From Felis catus (taxonomy: Eukaryota), in assembly GCF_018350175.1 (NCBI RefSeq), contig NC_058368.1, positions 204,230,001-204,294,000 of the forward strand: a DNA stretch of 64,000 nt, read 5' to 3'. The notes under the pieces are model-generated. The model ran no database searches. It was not told the origin of the DNA and saw only the letters and a program-made list of their open reading frames with translations. Shown here in pieces: positions 1-12,045 of this stretch. Both the position numbers and the translations under genes were made by a program. Within the stretch, counting starts at the first letter, position 1; every line of letters begins with the position of its first letter.

Positions 1-90
1 TATCCTGGAGATGGCTCTGTTTTCAAATCTGAGGGAGCTTATTTTGGGAGCTATTTTACTTATTATTCCATTCAGGAAGGATCAGAAGAG
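1..90 (+). CDS. C5orf34: C5orf34 orthologue, internal coding exon (5' end outside window)
   Basis: Reads YPGDGSVFKSEGAYFGSYFTYYSIQEGSEE, then donor GTAAGC at 91 (phase 0); joins in frame to the exon at 5854. Confidence 0.85.
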
Positions 91-1009
91 GTAAGCTGAC
101 AATGAGTTTTCAGCTCAAGAAGGCTTTTGTATATAGCTCTTTCTAAATAATTCTGAACATACATAGGACATTTGATCTTTATATAATACTGCTTGCCTAC
201 TACTATGCAGTCTGGAGAGTTAATACAACGTTACTGCCAGCTGTGGCACAGTGATTACTAACCACCTTATGTTTATTGCATTCTCCTCCTGTATTCTGCC
301 AGTCATTTGCCTAAGTAATTTCCATTTATTTTTTTTTTTTAAGATTTTATTTTTAAGTAATATCTACACCCAAGGTGGGGCTTGCACTTACAACCCCGAG
401 ATCAAGAGTTGCACACTGTACTGACTGATCCAGCCAGGTGCCCCAATTTGTGTTTAAATCAGAAGTTAAATTTAAATTTCTTATGTCACAGAATTCATCA
501 ATACTAAAACCAGTAGCATATCTTTGAATTAATATATGCACATTAAAAGCACATTCTTTTTTCCCCACCATGTTATTATTTGCATGTTTAAAATACCTCT
601 TAACTCCTGAATCTTTATATACAAGTAGAAAGTTGAACAAGGTTGTTCTCTGTTGTTGAAATAGTGAAATATAACGATATATTTAATATATCAGGCCGAA
701 ATGTAATCATATGGATATATTGTCAATAGTCTAAATTTGCTTGTTCCCAATCTGACATTTGACATCCACCCTTATGTATGGATCACCATGGTATCACATG
801 GCTTTGCTTTGCAGAATGGAACATAATATGTATGTTTTCTTTTTATATTACAGTGTGGAATTTTGAGTGATAAATTGTTTATCACTTGTTCCATCTGTAC
901 TTCCCACTGCTCCCTCCACTCCCTATTTATTTTTAAGTAAATCCCAAATATCTGCATTCATTAAAATTTTAGAATGAATATTTCATTTTATATATATGTG
1001 GGGGGGGTA

Positions 1010-1044
<35 letters not shown>

Positions 1045-1293
1045 ACACACATACATACATACATACATACATACATACATGTATGCAGATTCCCCACTGG
1101 GTCCATTTGCAAGAAAGTATTCATTTATTCAATCAATACATCTTAACTGAACCTTCCTAGGCAGGCACTCTGTCAAGCACTGGGTGAAGAGAAAGAACTC
1201 CTTCCCTCAAGGGTTCAAAGTTTAGTAGTCAGTCAGACAGGCCAAGAAGCACATGAAATGAAAGCATGACCACTGCTGTGTGTGCGTGTGCGT

Positions 1294-1331
<38 letters not shown>
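1010..1331. repeat. Microsatellites: (TG)n-(CA)n-(TACA)n at ~1013-1083 and (TG)n/(TGCGTG)n at ~1277-1331
   Basis: Directly visible. Confidence 0.95.
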
Positions 1332-1624
1332 AGTACATGAGATCATCAAGTAAACAGGCAAATAGAGGGGTGTGTGCAGTTACACTGCTGACTGGTGTGT
1401 ACTGAGAGTTTGAAAAAGTACAGGATAAATACTGTACATCTTCCTGGAGCTTCAGTTTTACTCAGAGGTGTCAGGGGGAGGATGATAATTTTCATACTGA
1501 AGCAAACATATCATGGAGGAGAACATGAGCTTTGGGATAAAACAGGACTTCCAGATGACCTGTGCCTTTGTGGTAGACTGCTGAGGGCTTCACTCTCAGA
1601 CCTCTGTCCACTTGAGTAAGAGAT

Positions 1625-2800
1625 TTAGAAACAATTGGCTATCTTTTCAGGATAGAATTATTTGCTTCTTACTTTAACCCATGCTCTAAAAATAAATTCC
1701 AGATGGGTTAAAGGGCTAAATGTAAGAAACCAAAGTTTATCATTGTTAGAAGAAAATCTAGAAGAACAATGTTTATAATCTTGGGGGAGGGGAGGTCTTC
1801 TTAAATACAGTACAAAACACCAGAAGGCACAAAATAAAAGTTTGGTAACCTTGGTAAACTTACGTTAAATTTTAAATATTTAATTTTTGTTAAATTAGAT
1901 AAAGCCAAAAAGTCAAAGGTCTGGAAAAAACTATTCTGTACTATAAATCAGTAATAAAAAACCAAAAAAAAATAAAAACCTCTCATAGAAAAATGAATAA
2001 ACAATAAGAATGGTTAAGCCATTAGAAAAGGCAATATAAATAACTTATAATATTTGGAAACCTGTCCAACTTTACTGCTTGCATCAAAGAAATGAAAATT
2101 AAAATAACAACAACATAACATTTTTCACTCATCAAATTATCGAAAGGTTGTTAATATCTATTGCTGGCAAGGGTGCGGGGAAAAGGGTGCTTTCGTAGTA
2201 CTGGGTTGGAGTGTAAATTGATTTAGCCTTCGTGAAGGACAGTTTGATAATATCAAGTTAAATTGGCTAGAAATTCTGCCTCTAGGTATCTATCATAGAA
2301 GAATATTAACACATATATATACAAAGAAATACAGCCAAGGATATGGAGTGTGGCATTGTTTGTAGGAGCGAAACACTAGAACCAATCTAAATGTTCCTCA
2401 GTAGAGAGATGGTGAAATGAGAGATGGTCAGATTACAGGGTGCTTGTGTGGTGGCTTAAAAGAATGAGGAAGACATAGATGCATAGAGGGATGGAAAGAT
2501 CTTCAAGGCACTGTGAAAAAAGAAAGTTGCAGAACATGTACAACAATATCTTCTGTATAAAAAACAAAAACAAACCCCAAACCCAAATATGTTACTGTGT
2601 ATAATACACATGTAAATGCACAGGGAAAGATTTGGGCAGGTAAAAACCAAACTGAAGCAGTTACTTTTGGGCGGGAGGAGCAGGGAGTGTGGGATTTTGT
2701 GAGGGAGGAAAAGTAGGGAGGGACTTAAATGTTGTATTTTCCTAACTTTCTTTTTTTCCAAAAACATAAAATAGTAATGTACTGTTACTTGCATAATTAA
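1625..2800 (+). mobile_element. Old L1 (L1M-type) 3' region
   Basis: Degenerate L1 3' motifs (AAATAAATTCCAGATGGGTTAAAG, AAACACTAGAACCAATCTAAATGT); A-rich sense strand. Confidence 0.6.
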
Positions 2801-3199
2801 AATTCTAAGTAGGAAAGATTGTCAAGGGCTCATGATGTAAGTGCTCTCATAGAGATAAGAATGTGGTGCTTTGGGACCACATAAGGGGAGGGGCACCTGA
2901 CCCAATTTTGGAGAAAAGTCAACTGCAGGAAGACATGGCTGAGCTAGGAGATTTTCTTTTCCTTTCCTTTTTAAGTAATATCTACATCCTGTGTGGGTTT
3001 CAGACTCACAACCCTGAGATCAAGAGTCGGATGCTGTATCGACTAAGCCAGTCAGGTGTCCCTAGGACCTATACTTTTAAAGGAGTTATACAAAAGAGGG
3101 ATGAAGGTTGGAGGAATATATAACTGAGGGAACTACTTGTCCAACTCTTTGCATGTTTGGCTTCCTATCATTAAAATTTCTATTTAAATGTCATCTCCT

Positions 3200-3420
3200 G
3201 GGGCACCTGGGTGGCTCAGTCGGTTAAGAGTCCGACTTTGGCTCAGGTTATGATCTCACAGTTCGTGAGTTCGAGCCCTGCATCGGGCTCTGTGCTGACA
3301 GCTTAGAGCCTGGAGCCTGCTTCAAATTCTACGTCTCCCTCTCTCTCTGCTCCTCCCCTGCTCATGCTCTGTCTCTCTCTCCTTCAAAAATAAATAAAAA
3401 CATTAAAAATAAATAAATAA
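3200..3420 (+). mobile_element. SINEC (carnivore tRNA-derived SINE)
   Basis: GGGGCACCTGGGTGGCTCAGTCGGTTAAG head, (CT)n, A tail; TSD ATGTCATCTCC. Confidence 0.9.
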
Positions 3421-5853
3421 ATACATGTCATCTCCCAACTATCCAAATTAAAGGAGCTACCTTTGACACTACCATGATACCCTCCTCTTTTCTTCTTCAT
3501 AGCAATTAGTGCTATGTGACATTTTCTTACTGATCAATGTTTGTTTGCTAACCCACTCTAGAAGTAAGCACTGTCTTGTTCAACGCAGTATTATTGCTAG
3601 AGCATAGAACAGGTAGATAAACTCACCTAACTGGAGGCTAGAGCCTGGGGCAAGGATGGAGTGTTGAAGGAAAAGAAAATGCTATAGATAGAGAATGCTG
3701 TAAAGAGAGTATTGAGGGGAATTTCCAGGGAAGAGACTAAACCACTAAGTTGAGCCAGCTCATAAATGGGGCATGAGAAACCATACTGCTTTTGCACAAG
3801 TGCTGAAGGATTAAAATACGGAAGTGACATCATATTTTTGTTAGGTCATTTCAGAGGAAGATAAACTGGAGTGGGAAAGAGATAGTAGACCAGTTAGAGG
3901 ACATTGATAGCAGTTCAGGGAAGAAAGTATGAGGAACCAGGCAGTGGTAATGAGAATGAAAAGCTAGGAATGGACACGAATATTAAGGAAACAGAACTGA
4001 TGACTGACTGGATATTGGGGATGAGGAAGGAGTTGAAAATGATGGCAAATTGTTGAATAAATCAATGAGTGGTGGTGCCAGGCTCTGTGTTAAACCAAAA
4101 TTTTATCAAATCTAAATTGTTTTGATAACGGTTGCTTTTGATCTTACCAGGAGGTGTCAATAAAACATTTAAATTCTGTTATATCTCAAACTCACCTACC
4201 TGAAAGTAAGATACTCTTAAGATGCATCCAGATTTCAGAGAGGCTAAATTAGGAAAACTGAGTATCTTAGAATTGAAATAGGGTAGTGGAAAAGACAAGA
4301 ACTCTCAAGGAACTCAGTATCCAATGAAGAAAGATGTAAATAGTTAAAATGCATTAGTTTGAGTGCCTATCATGTACTAAGGCACATTGCTAACAAATGC
4401 TAGGGATTCAGACAGAGGTCAGAAGAACAGATACAGCCCCTACCTTCATGAAGCCCCATTCTAGCAGGGAAGACAGACACTTAATAAAAAAAACTATGAA
4501 ATTGCAATTATGATGAAAACCAAAAAGCAAGAGTGGTGGGTGTGGTGCTTGTGGACGTAAGTAGGGGATTTCACCTATTCTGGGTAATGGCTTCCTGAGA
4601 GCAAAGAAACGCAGGAGTTAGACAAAGGAAGATGATGGAGGAGAGAGCAGAGATCCAGGTAGAGAGAACACACCACAGGTAGATCTGAAGTAGAGAAGGA
4701 GAAAATGCAGATTTTGAAATGAAGGTAGTTCCATTTTTGACACGTTGAAGTTGAGATGTCTTTGTGATATTCAGTGGAGAAGCCTCATAGAGATTTAGAT
4801 ATTCAAGTCTATAGTCCAGGATAAAAGAGGAGGGACTATTTTTTGGGTAACTACTCTATACTGAATTCTGGCCTGGGTGCTTTATATATGTGTTACATCA
4901 TTAATGCTCAAAACAATCTAGATGGTAGGTAGTATCCCCATTTCACAGGTTATAGGCACTGAGGTTTACAAAAAGTTGCATAAACCTGTCCGTCATTATA
5001 GTTAGTAAGAGGCACCTGTGATTTGAATCCAGCTTTGTCTTCAAAGCCTGTCTTCTCTCACTGATGGTAAAGTATATATGGGGACTATGTTCTCTTGTGG
5101 TTCAAATTAGATCTGTACAAGCCCTCAAGCCTTAAAGGCTTAAAAAAAAAAAAAAAAGTCTGAGAAAGGATACTCAAAAGGAATAACAAAAAATTTTTTT
5201 TAATTCAGAAAGCTGAGCTTGTAAATAATGTTGTCTTCTATAAACTGTAGTGATAGTTCTTCCATTAATAAAATATGGCAAAATTGTATATTTGTTCAAT
5301 TAAAATTGTGTTTTTGTTTTTTAAAGTTTATTTATTTTGAGAGAGCGAGAGCAGGGAAGGGGCAGAGAGATAGAGAGAGGGCGAGAGAATCCCAACCAGG
5401 CTTTGCACTATCAGCACAGAGGTTAACATGGGGCTCAAATTCATGAAATGTGAGATCATAACCTGAGCCAAAATCAAGAGTTGGACACTTAACCTAATGA
5501 GCCACCTAGACGCCCCTGTTTTTGTTTTGATCTAAAGGGGAAAGGGGGCTTATAAGTTTTCTGCTAATGTGTAGGAAAATTAGTTCTGTTGCTATATTAA
5601 TTTAAATATAGCCAAAACTTAAATTGGACAGTATGTTATAGGGTATTAGAATATAACTTTTGTAACTATCCATAAGGAATGCTAGACTTAAAAAAAATGG
5701 GACAATGGAAAAGCATAAAATACCTTTAAAAATATTATGGGCTTTTGGTTAAGTTAAAATAACTGCTTGCCTTGTCACAATGTAAGTACATATTTCAAGA
5801 AAAAATAATAATGGCCAACATTTATTATTGAGATATTTTAAATTAATTTTCAG

Positions 5854-5945
5854 AAAGAAGAGAAAACTTATTCAGTAAATAACCTTCCTCCTGATAGACC
5901 AGGAAGTCTGTTCTCTGTGTGTTCTCTAATTAAACAGGCAACCAG
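5854..5945 (+). CDS. C5orf34: C5orf34 orthologue coding exon
   Basis: ttttcAG acceptor; KEEKTYSVNNLPPDRPGSLFSVCSLIKQAT(R); donor GTAAGT at 5946; 92 nt, ends phase 2. Confidence 0.88.
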
Positions 5946-6839
5946 GTAAGTTTTTCACATTCACCTGACTGAAGTGTTGTGTCTGAGAACCCTGATACAT
6001 TTTCTAGTGGTTAGGGTAAGAGTAAGAAATGGTAGGTACAGTGGAAATATGTGTCTTTGGTAAAGTCTGTCAGCTTTTCTGGTCTCTTCATCCACAAAAT
6101 AAGGTAATCACATCATTGTAAGAGTACTTCTGGCTTTGAAATTTAAAGTTAAATGTGGAGAAGTATCCATATATAGCAAGCATGCACAGTTAGGAAGTAA
6201 GTGCCTTTTTTCTGGGTGAGTGCATGCTTATGGTGTCTTGGAATCAAGTTAAGGATTTGATGATACATTTAAAATTTTCATATACTTTATTATCCTCAGA
6301 GTAATAAAGATTCTGAGAGTATACAGAAGATGAAGTGCAGTTCAGTTCTTCGGTTCATATGTTTTTTTTTTAATTCTAATTAATCTGTGGCAGTCAGAAG
6401 CATGAAAGTGTATTCCTGAATTAAATTATTAATTTTTGCAAACTTATGTCTAAGCAACTTCCAAAGTAGATTTGAAGGAACAGAATTGGTAATTTGATTT
6501 TTTATGGATAGTTGATTCACCTCCCCAGCACTCTTAGACTACACTAAACCTTTCAGGTGCTGTGAAACCATCACCTCCTAGAAAGGAGCACCTGAAAATT
6601 GTCTCCATTTGGAGTCATTTCATTACTAAAAATGAGAGGAGTAACCTATGTAAGATTAACACAAAGAGAAGCAATCACCTTCTAGGGGATTAAAGACTTC
6701 TGGAAGAAAGGAGTTCCAAATGTATTTTAGTGGAAATGAATTACTTGCCTAACATGTTGTATAGCAGTAAGAATGCATTGCTAGAATTGGAAAATGTGAT
6801 TATTTGCAAATGTTTAAGCAATGTTTTTCATGTTCACAG

Positions 6840-6909
6840 AATTCTTCAGCACTGTGCGAAGACAAGGCTTTCTTTAAGCCATAACTATCGTATATGCTGC
6901 TGGAAAATG
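6840..6909 (+). CDS. C5orf34: C5orf34 orthologue coding exon
   Basis: ttcacAG acceptor; (R)ILQHCAKTRLSLSHNYRICCWKM; donor GTATCT at 6910; 70 nt, phases match both neighbours. Confidence 0.88.
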
Positions 6910-6924
6910 GTATCTTAAAATTAT

Positions 6925-7621
6925 TATTTATTTATTTATTATTTTTGAGAGAGAGAGAGTGTACATACGCAAATGCACACGGGGGAGGGGCAGAGAGAGA
7001 GGAGACAGAAGGTCCAAAGCGGGATCTGCACTGATAGCAGAAAGCCCTATGCAGGGCTCGAACTCACAAACCGCGAGATCACGAACTGAGCTGAAGTCGG
7101 ACATTTACCTGACTGAGCCACCCAGGTGCTCCAAAATTATTTTTATTTATTTATTTATTTATTTGTTTGTTTGTTTGTTTGTTTGTTTATTTGTTTATTT
7201 ATTTATTTTTGAGAGAGAGAGCACTCATGTGAGTGGGAGAGAGGCATAGGGAGAGGGAGACAGAATCTCAGATAGGTTCTACACCCACCGCAGGAGCCCA
7301 GCGCCAGGCTAGGTCTCATGTCCTTGAGACCATGACCTGAGCTGCAATCAAGAGTCAGATGCTCAACCAGCTGAGCTACTCAGGAATCGCCCCCCCCCCA
7401 CTTTTTCTTTTTAATTTTTTTTAATGTTTATTTATTTTTGAGAAAGACAGATCGTGAGTGGTAGAGGGGCAGGGAGAGAGAGAGGGAGACACAATCTGAA
7501 GCAGGCTCCAGGCTCTGAGCTGTCAGCACAGAGCCCAATGTGGGGCTTGAACTCACAAACTGCAAGATCATGACCTGAGCTGAAGACGGATACTTAACCG
7601 ACTGAGCCACCCAAGCATCCC
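6925..7621 (-). mobile_element. Three consecutive minus-strand SINEC elements
   Basis: Three reverse-complemented SINE heads ending near 7132, 7390 and 7621, each with a T-rich tail. Confidence 0.88.
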
Positions 7622-8269
7622 TATTAAAATTATTTTAAAAGCAAGATTTTTAAAATAGTTTTATTGTTTACATACATACCTCTAAGTTCAAGTTACTTTC
7701 ATTGAAGTCATGTGAGAAATTCTTTGTAACATTAATATTGGTTTATTCAGAGAAATATCCACTTACTAGATAAACACTGCAAAATCTGGCTCTTATATTA
7801 TACTTTGCCTATAATTTGTTTTGTTTCTTTTTTCTCAGTGGAGGGGGAAAGGCAGGGAAATTGATAAGATTTGAAGTATGTCAAAATGTGGTTATTATAA
7901 ACTATGATAGTACAGTATTCTACTCTATTTCTATAACTGTAAAAGTAATTTCTTTAATGTGGACTTAAAGGAAGTGATTCTCAAACTTTGAATTCTGTAT
8001 CTGTACTAATTTAATTATAAACCTATATGTTGCTGTACTTCCTAAGTTTTGTCTGTGTTCTAAAATTCAGAACGTGGACTTTTCAAAGACTAGAACTTAA
8101 TCTGCTTGTAATAGACTAATTTGGCTATCCACTTCTGGAAAAGTTAAGACATATATAAGGATTCTACAATATTCAACTTCTGAATAAAGTTGCCTCAGAG
8201 TTTATTAATCATTTAAGTCTTATCAATGGATAACTCTCTTTCCTGCTGTTTTTGTTTACTTGGTTTTAG

Positions 8270-8440
8270 GTACCTGGGATAAATGATAGCAATATACTGC
8301 CTTTACTTTTGAGAGAATCGCTCATACCCAGCGTGGGAAGATTTCTTGCATACTCTGATGACAAAGTACATGCTCTCTTTTTAAATGGCATTACTCTAAC
8401 CCTAAATTGGAATTTCAGCTCTTTTACTGAAAAGAGACAG
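8270..8440 (+). CDS. C5orf34: C5orf34 orthologue coding exon
   Basis: ttttAG acceptor; VPGINDSNILPLLLRESLIPSVGRFLAYSDDKVHALFLNGITLTLNWNFSSFTEKRQ; donor GTGATT; 171 nt, phase 0/0. Confidence 0.9.
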
Positions 8441-8832
8441 GTGATTATATTTCATACTGAAATCTACTTTTTTATCGTTTCAGTGGAAATAGAACAAAGA
8501 AAATCAAGTACCACACTATCTCAATTTTATTTTTTGAGATATAAAATCTGTCAAGAGGCTTTAGTGATCTCATTGGATTTCCTAGCAAAAATCAGAAAGG
8601 TGTGACAAATAATCATTTTTATAAAGGCAACTGATTATATAGAGAAGGACCAGAGTGGTGGTTAAACAATACCCATAATCCATGTAAAATATAATTTTTA
8701 AATTAGTCAAAATAAAGTTTTAATGATTCATCTACATATTTTTTAAATTGATGATGTAAAAGAGGCTTTTGTTGTGAGTTCTGTCTCAGTTTTAGAACGA
8801 TAAAACTTGTTTTTCCCTCTTTTCTGCTTAAG

Positions 8833-8927
8833 GTAAATCAAGGTCTCAACTTAGCTTGGTGTAAGTTAACTTTTCCTGATGGGCAAGATCAGTTAATTCA
8901 GATTGAACACCCTGGACCATATGAAAG
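8833..8927 (+). CDS. C5orf34: C5orf34 orthologue coding exon
   Basis: Pyrimidine tract then AG; VNQGLNLAWCKLTFPDGQDQLIQIEHPGPYE(R); donor GTACTG; 95 nt. Confidence 0.88.
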
Positions 8928-9569
8928 GTACTGAAAAGCAGTTTTAAAAACTATTTTTATGATGGTAAACAGTTTTTTGACAGAGGGGAAGCATATAAAC
9001 CTATTTAAATGTTACATTTTTAGTTTTTTCAGGTAGATATTGTGCATGTATCATTTCAACAGGTTTCAGAGTTTACAGAAGTATTGGCATCTTGCATAAC
9101 TAAATAAATCAGATCAGCTTTAATCATTTCCATTTGTATTCAAGTGGTTTTTCAAAATGAGTATTTTTGATACACTTGTCTTGCTGTGGAAGTTGGACTG
9201 TGGTCAGCTGTGTTAACTGATTAACTAATTAATCCCCTAATGTTTTGAAATAAGGTTTGCACAAATAACTAAAGTTATGTATATTTCTGTGACGTGGAAT
9301 AAAATTAATTCAGTGATGCTTTTTCTTAAGATGGAGAAGATTCTTAAAATCCATTTTTATGAACATGCTTTTTCTCTTTTGGTTTTATGTAATTTGTTGT
9401 AATCAGTCTACTTGTGATGTTCTCAGCATGTTAGTGATTTTATTTGAGAATGTTCATGAAAGAATTACTTTTTTACCTCATGAATTTATTTTCCTGTTGG
9501 GATTTATTGCATTTTGGTGTAAATGCTCCAACATTCATTGCTAGTTTGAATAATTTGCCTCAAAAATAC

Positions 9570-9743
9570 AGAGCATCTGGGTGGCTCAGTCAGGTAAGGG
9601 GCTGACTCTTGATCTCGGTTCAGGTCATGCCTGATCTCACAGTTTGTGAGATTGAGCCCTGCATTGGGCTGTGCACTGATGGCATGGAGCCTGCTTCGGG
9701 TCCTTTCTCTCCCCGTCTCTCTCTGCCCTTTCCCCACTCATAT

Positions 9744-9786
<43 letters not shown>

Positions 9787-9787
9787 A

Positions 9788-9826
<39 letters not shown>

Positions 9827-10370
9827 ATAGGAAAAAATGCAGTGTCTTTGACAAACATTACTATTTGTTTCAGGCCATCACTTGAGATCATTTGTTTTAT
9901 TGAACTTGGTACTTGTTTTGTATATTGAATGAATTATATATAATTATACATTTGTGTATATGTGTAGGAATTAATGGGTGTGTTCTGGTTTAAATTTTAG
10001 AAAGCAAATGCTCACTTAGTCTTAATGTGTAAAGGCATTTTCATTATAAAACATAATGAAATTTATTTCACTTTGGAGAATTTAGACATTTGAATTTGAA
10101 TTTTGAATGAAATCCAAGTATCACTTTGTTCTGATTCTTAAAGCCTGTCTTTATTGGGGCACCTGGGTGGCTCAGGCTGTTAAGCATCCGGCTCTTGATT
10201 TCAGCTCAGGTCATGATCTCATGGTTGGTGAGATCGAGCCCTGTGTTGGGCTCTGTGCTAACAGTGCAAAGCCTGCTTGGGATTATTTCTCTTTCTCTCT
10301 CTCTCTCTCTCTGCCCCATCCCTACTCATGTTCTCTCTCCCTCTCAAAAATAAATTAATTTTTAAAAAGA
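9570..10370 (+). mobile_element. Two SINEC elements (~9570-9830, ~10156-10370)
   Basis: SINEC heads, (CT)n tracts, (TAAA)n tails. Confidence 0.85.
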
Positions 10371-10622
10371 ACTTATAGAAATATCTTTACTAATCATGAA
10401 TATGAGTAAATCATTTTATTCTTGATGAATAATGAAAACTTAACTTTTCCATTTGCTTTGAAAAAGACTCAAAAAATTTACCAGTAAATGCCTCACTTTG
10501 GAATTTTTTTCTTTATCATTTTTCCCCAAATTGTCTTAATGATTTTTCCTTTTTAAAAAATGTTTTTAAAAATACTATACAACTTCATTTTTCAAATATT
10601 TATTTTAATGTTTTCAATCTAG

Positions 10623-10721
10623 ATATGTGACAGCAGTCATATCATGGTGCAGAAGCCTGACCCAGACTAATCAGAGAGAGATGCCCACACATTCTTCATC
10701 TTCTATTCTTGAAGAAAATTG
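10623..10721 (+). CDS. C5orf34: C5orf34 orthologue coding exon
   Basis: tctAG acceptor; (R)YVTAVISWCRSLTQTNQREMPTHSSSSILEEN(W); donor GTATTT; 99 nt, phase 2/2. Confidence 0.88.
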
Positions 10722-11443
10722 GTATTTATATTTCTTTTAAACTTTATCTGTGTAAAAGAGTCACAAAAATTAAAAATGTCAAATGGTAAGCTCTGAGACT
10801 CTTTTCTGATAGCTTAAGCTTGAAAATAATTTATCTTTAATCAGATATCCAATTTATTACATTACATCATATTTCATTTTATCTGAAGTTCAGAAAACTG
10901 CATTGAAAACTTCTTACCAAAATGGGTGATTCTTTTAATATGATAAATTCATCCTGAAAACTTCATGGAAAAATTTAAAGGAGAATTTTAAAACTTTTAG
11001 TAATATTAAAAGAAGTAAAATGTTGACTAACTTTCAGAAAAAGTTGATTTTGAAATCATTTTTATCATATTAATTACCTCCCCCAAATCAACTGGCAAAT
11101 CAACAAATAAAGTTTTTTAGTCCATCCTACGTGCCCTTCAGTGTGCAAGGGGACTAGAACTGGGCTTCAAAGGAATATTTAGGGAAATGAATAAGATATT
11201 TTAGGGAGGGAGCAAGGGTAGAGGTAAAAAGTATATTTTGTCCTGTGGAGACAGTGAAAAAATGTTTTTATGGAGCAGATGCTATCTGTCAGGGTGTATT
11301 GTGGGTTTTGAAGACTAAGAATAGATCTTGTGATCAATAGAAAAGCTCACACTTGATGGAATTACGAGTTCCTAGGTGGAAAAAATGACAGGAAGAAAGG
11401 CCCTTAGGAAGGTTAGTATCACTGAGAGCATACTCTGAGTATA

Positions 11444-12045
11444 CAGGTATCCCCTACTTTTTGGAAGTTTGCACTATGCCACTTCACTTACATGAAAGAC
11501 CTACATCAGCATGTCCCCATTTTTCTACAGCCATACCACCCTGGATGTGCCTGATCTTGTCTGACCTCGAAAGCTAAGCAGTGTTGGGCCTGGTTAGTTC
11601 TTGGGAGTATGTTCCTGTCTTTGCTAACCAAAAACAATTCGAGAATTATTTTCGCTTTCAAGGAAAAAGGCAAAAAGTGAAAATAGCATTCTGCATTTGT
11701 TTAGCAGCGAGCTCTTACACGGAGGCAGCTTGCACCCCCAGCAGGGAGCATGGTAGCTCTGAGCTCCTTACCTGAGAACTACACTCAGCATCTCAGCTTC
11801 AGTCTGCCATAGCTTTGAACTGTGTCTGTGAGCCTTTGTGCTTTATCCCAGTTTATTTTGTGCATCCATTAGCAAGATGGATCCTTAGGTGTCAGAAAAA
11901 GCATTAAGAGAGGTTATGTTTTGGGTGTGGGAATGATCAAAACATTTTCCATAAAAATGAATGGCAATTGTTTTTTCACTTTGTGCCATTTAAGTTTATG
12001 AAAGTTTTCATAGAACACTCTACCATTGGATAGTGGAAGAAACTG
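11444..12045. mobile_element. Non-autonomous Tigger (TcMar) DNA transposon, interrupted by the 5S copy
   Basis: TA|CAGGTATCCCC...GGAAGAAACTG|TA degenerate terminal inverted repeats with TA target duplication. Confidence 0.75.
11523..11607 (+). pseudogene. 5S rRNA pseudogene, 3'-truncated
   Basis: TCTACAGCCATACCACCCTGGATGTGCCTGATCTTGTCTGACCTCGAAAGCTAAGCAGTGTTGGGCCTGGTTAGTTCTTGG aligns to the 5' ~85 nt of vertebrate 5S rRNA with CpG-decay substitutions. Confidence 0.9.

Noticed and set aside
6910..8269. Donor GTATCTTAA resembling a U12 5' splice site
   Set aside because: It lacks the CC of GTATCCTT; the 3' end has an ordinary pyrimidine tract and no TCCTTAAC branch site, so it is treated as U2-type
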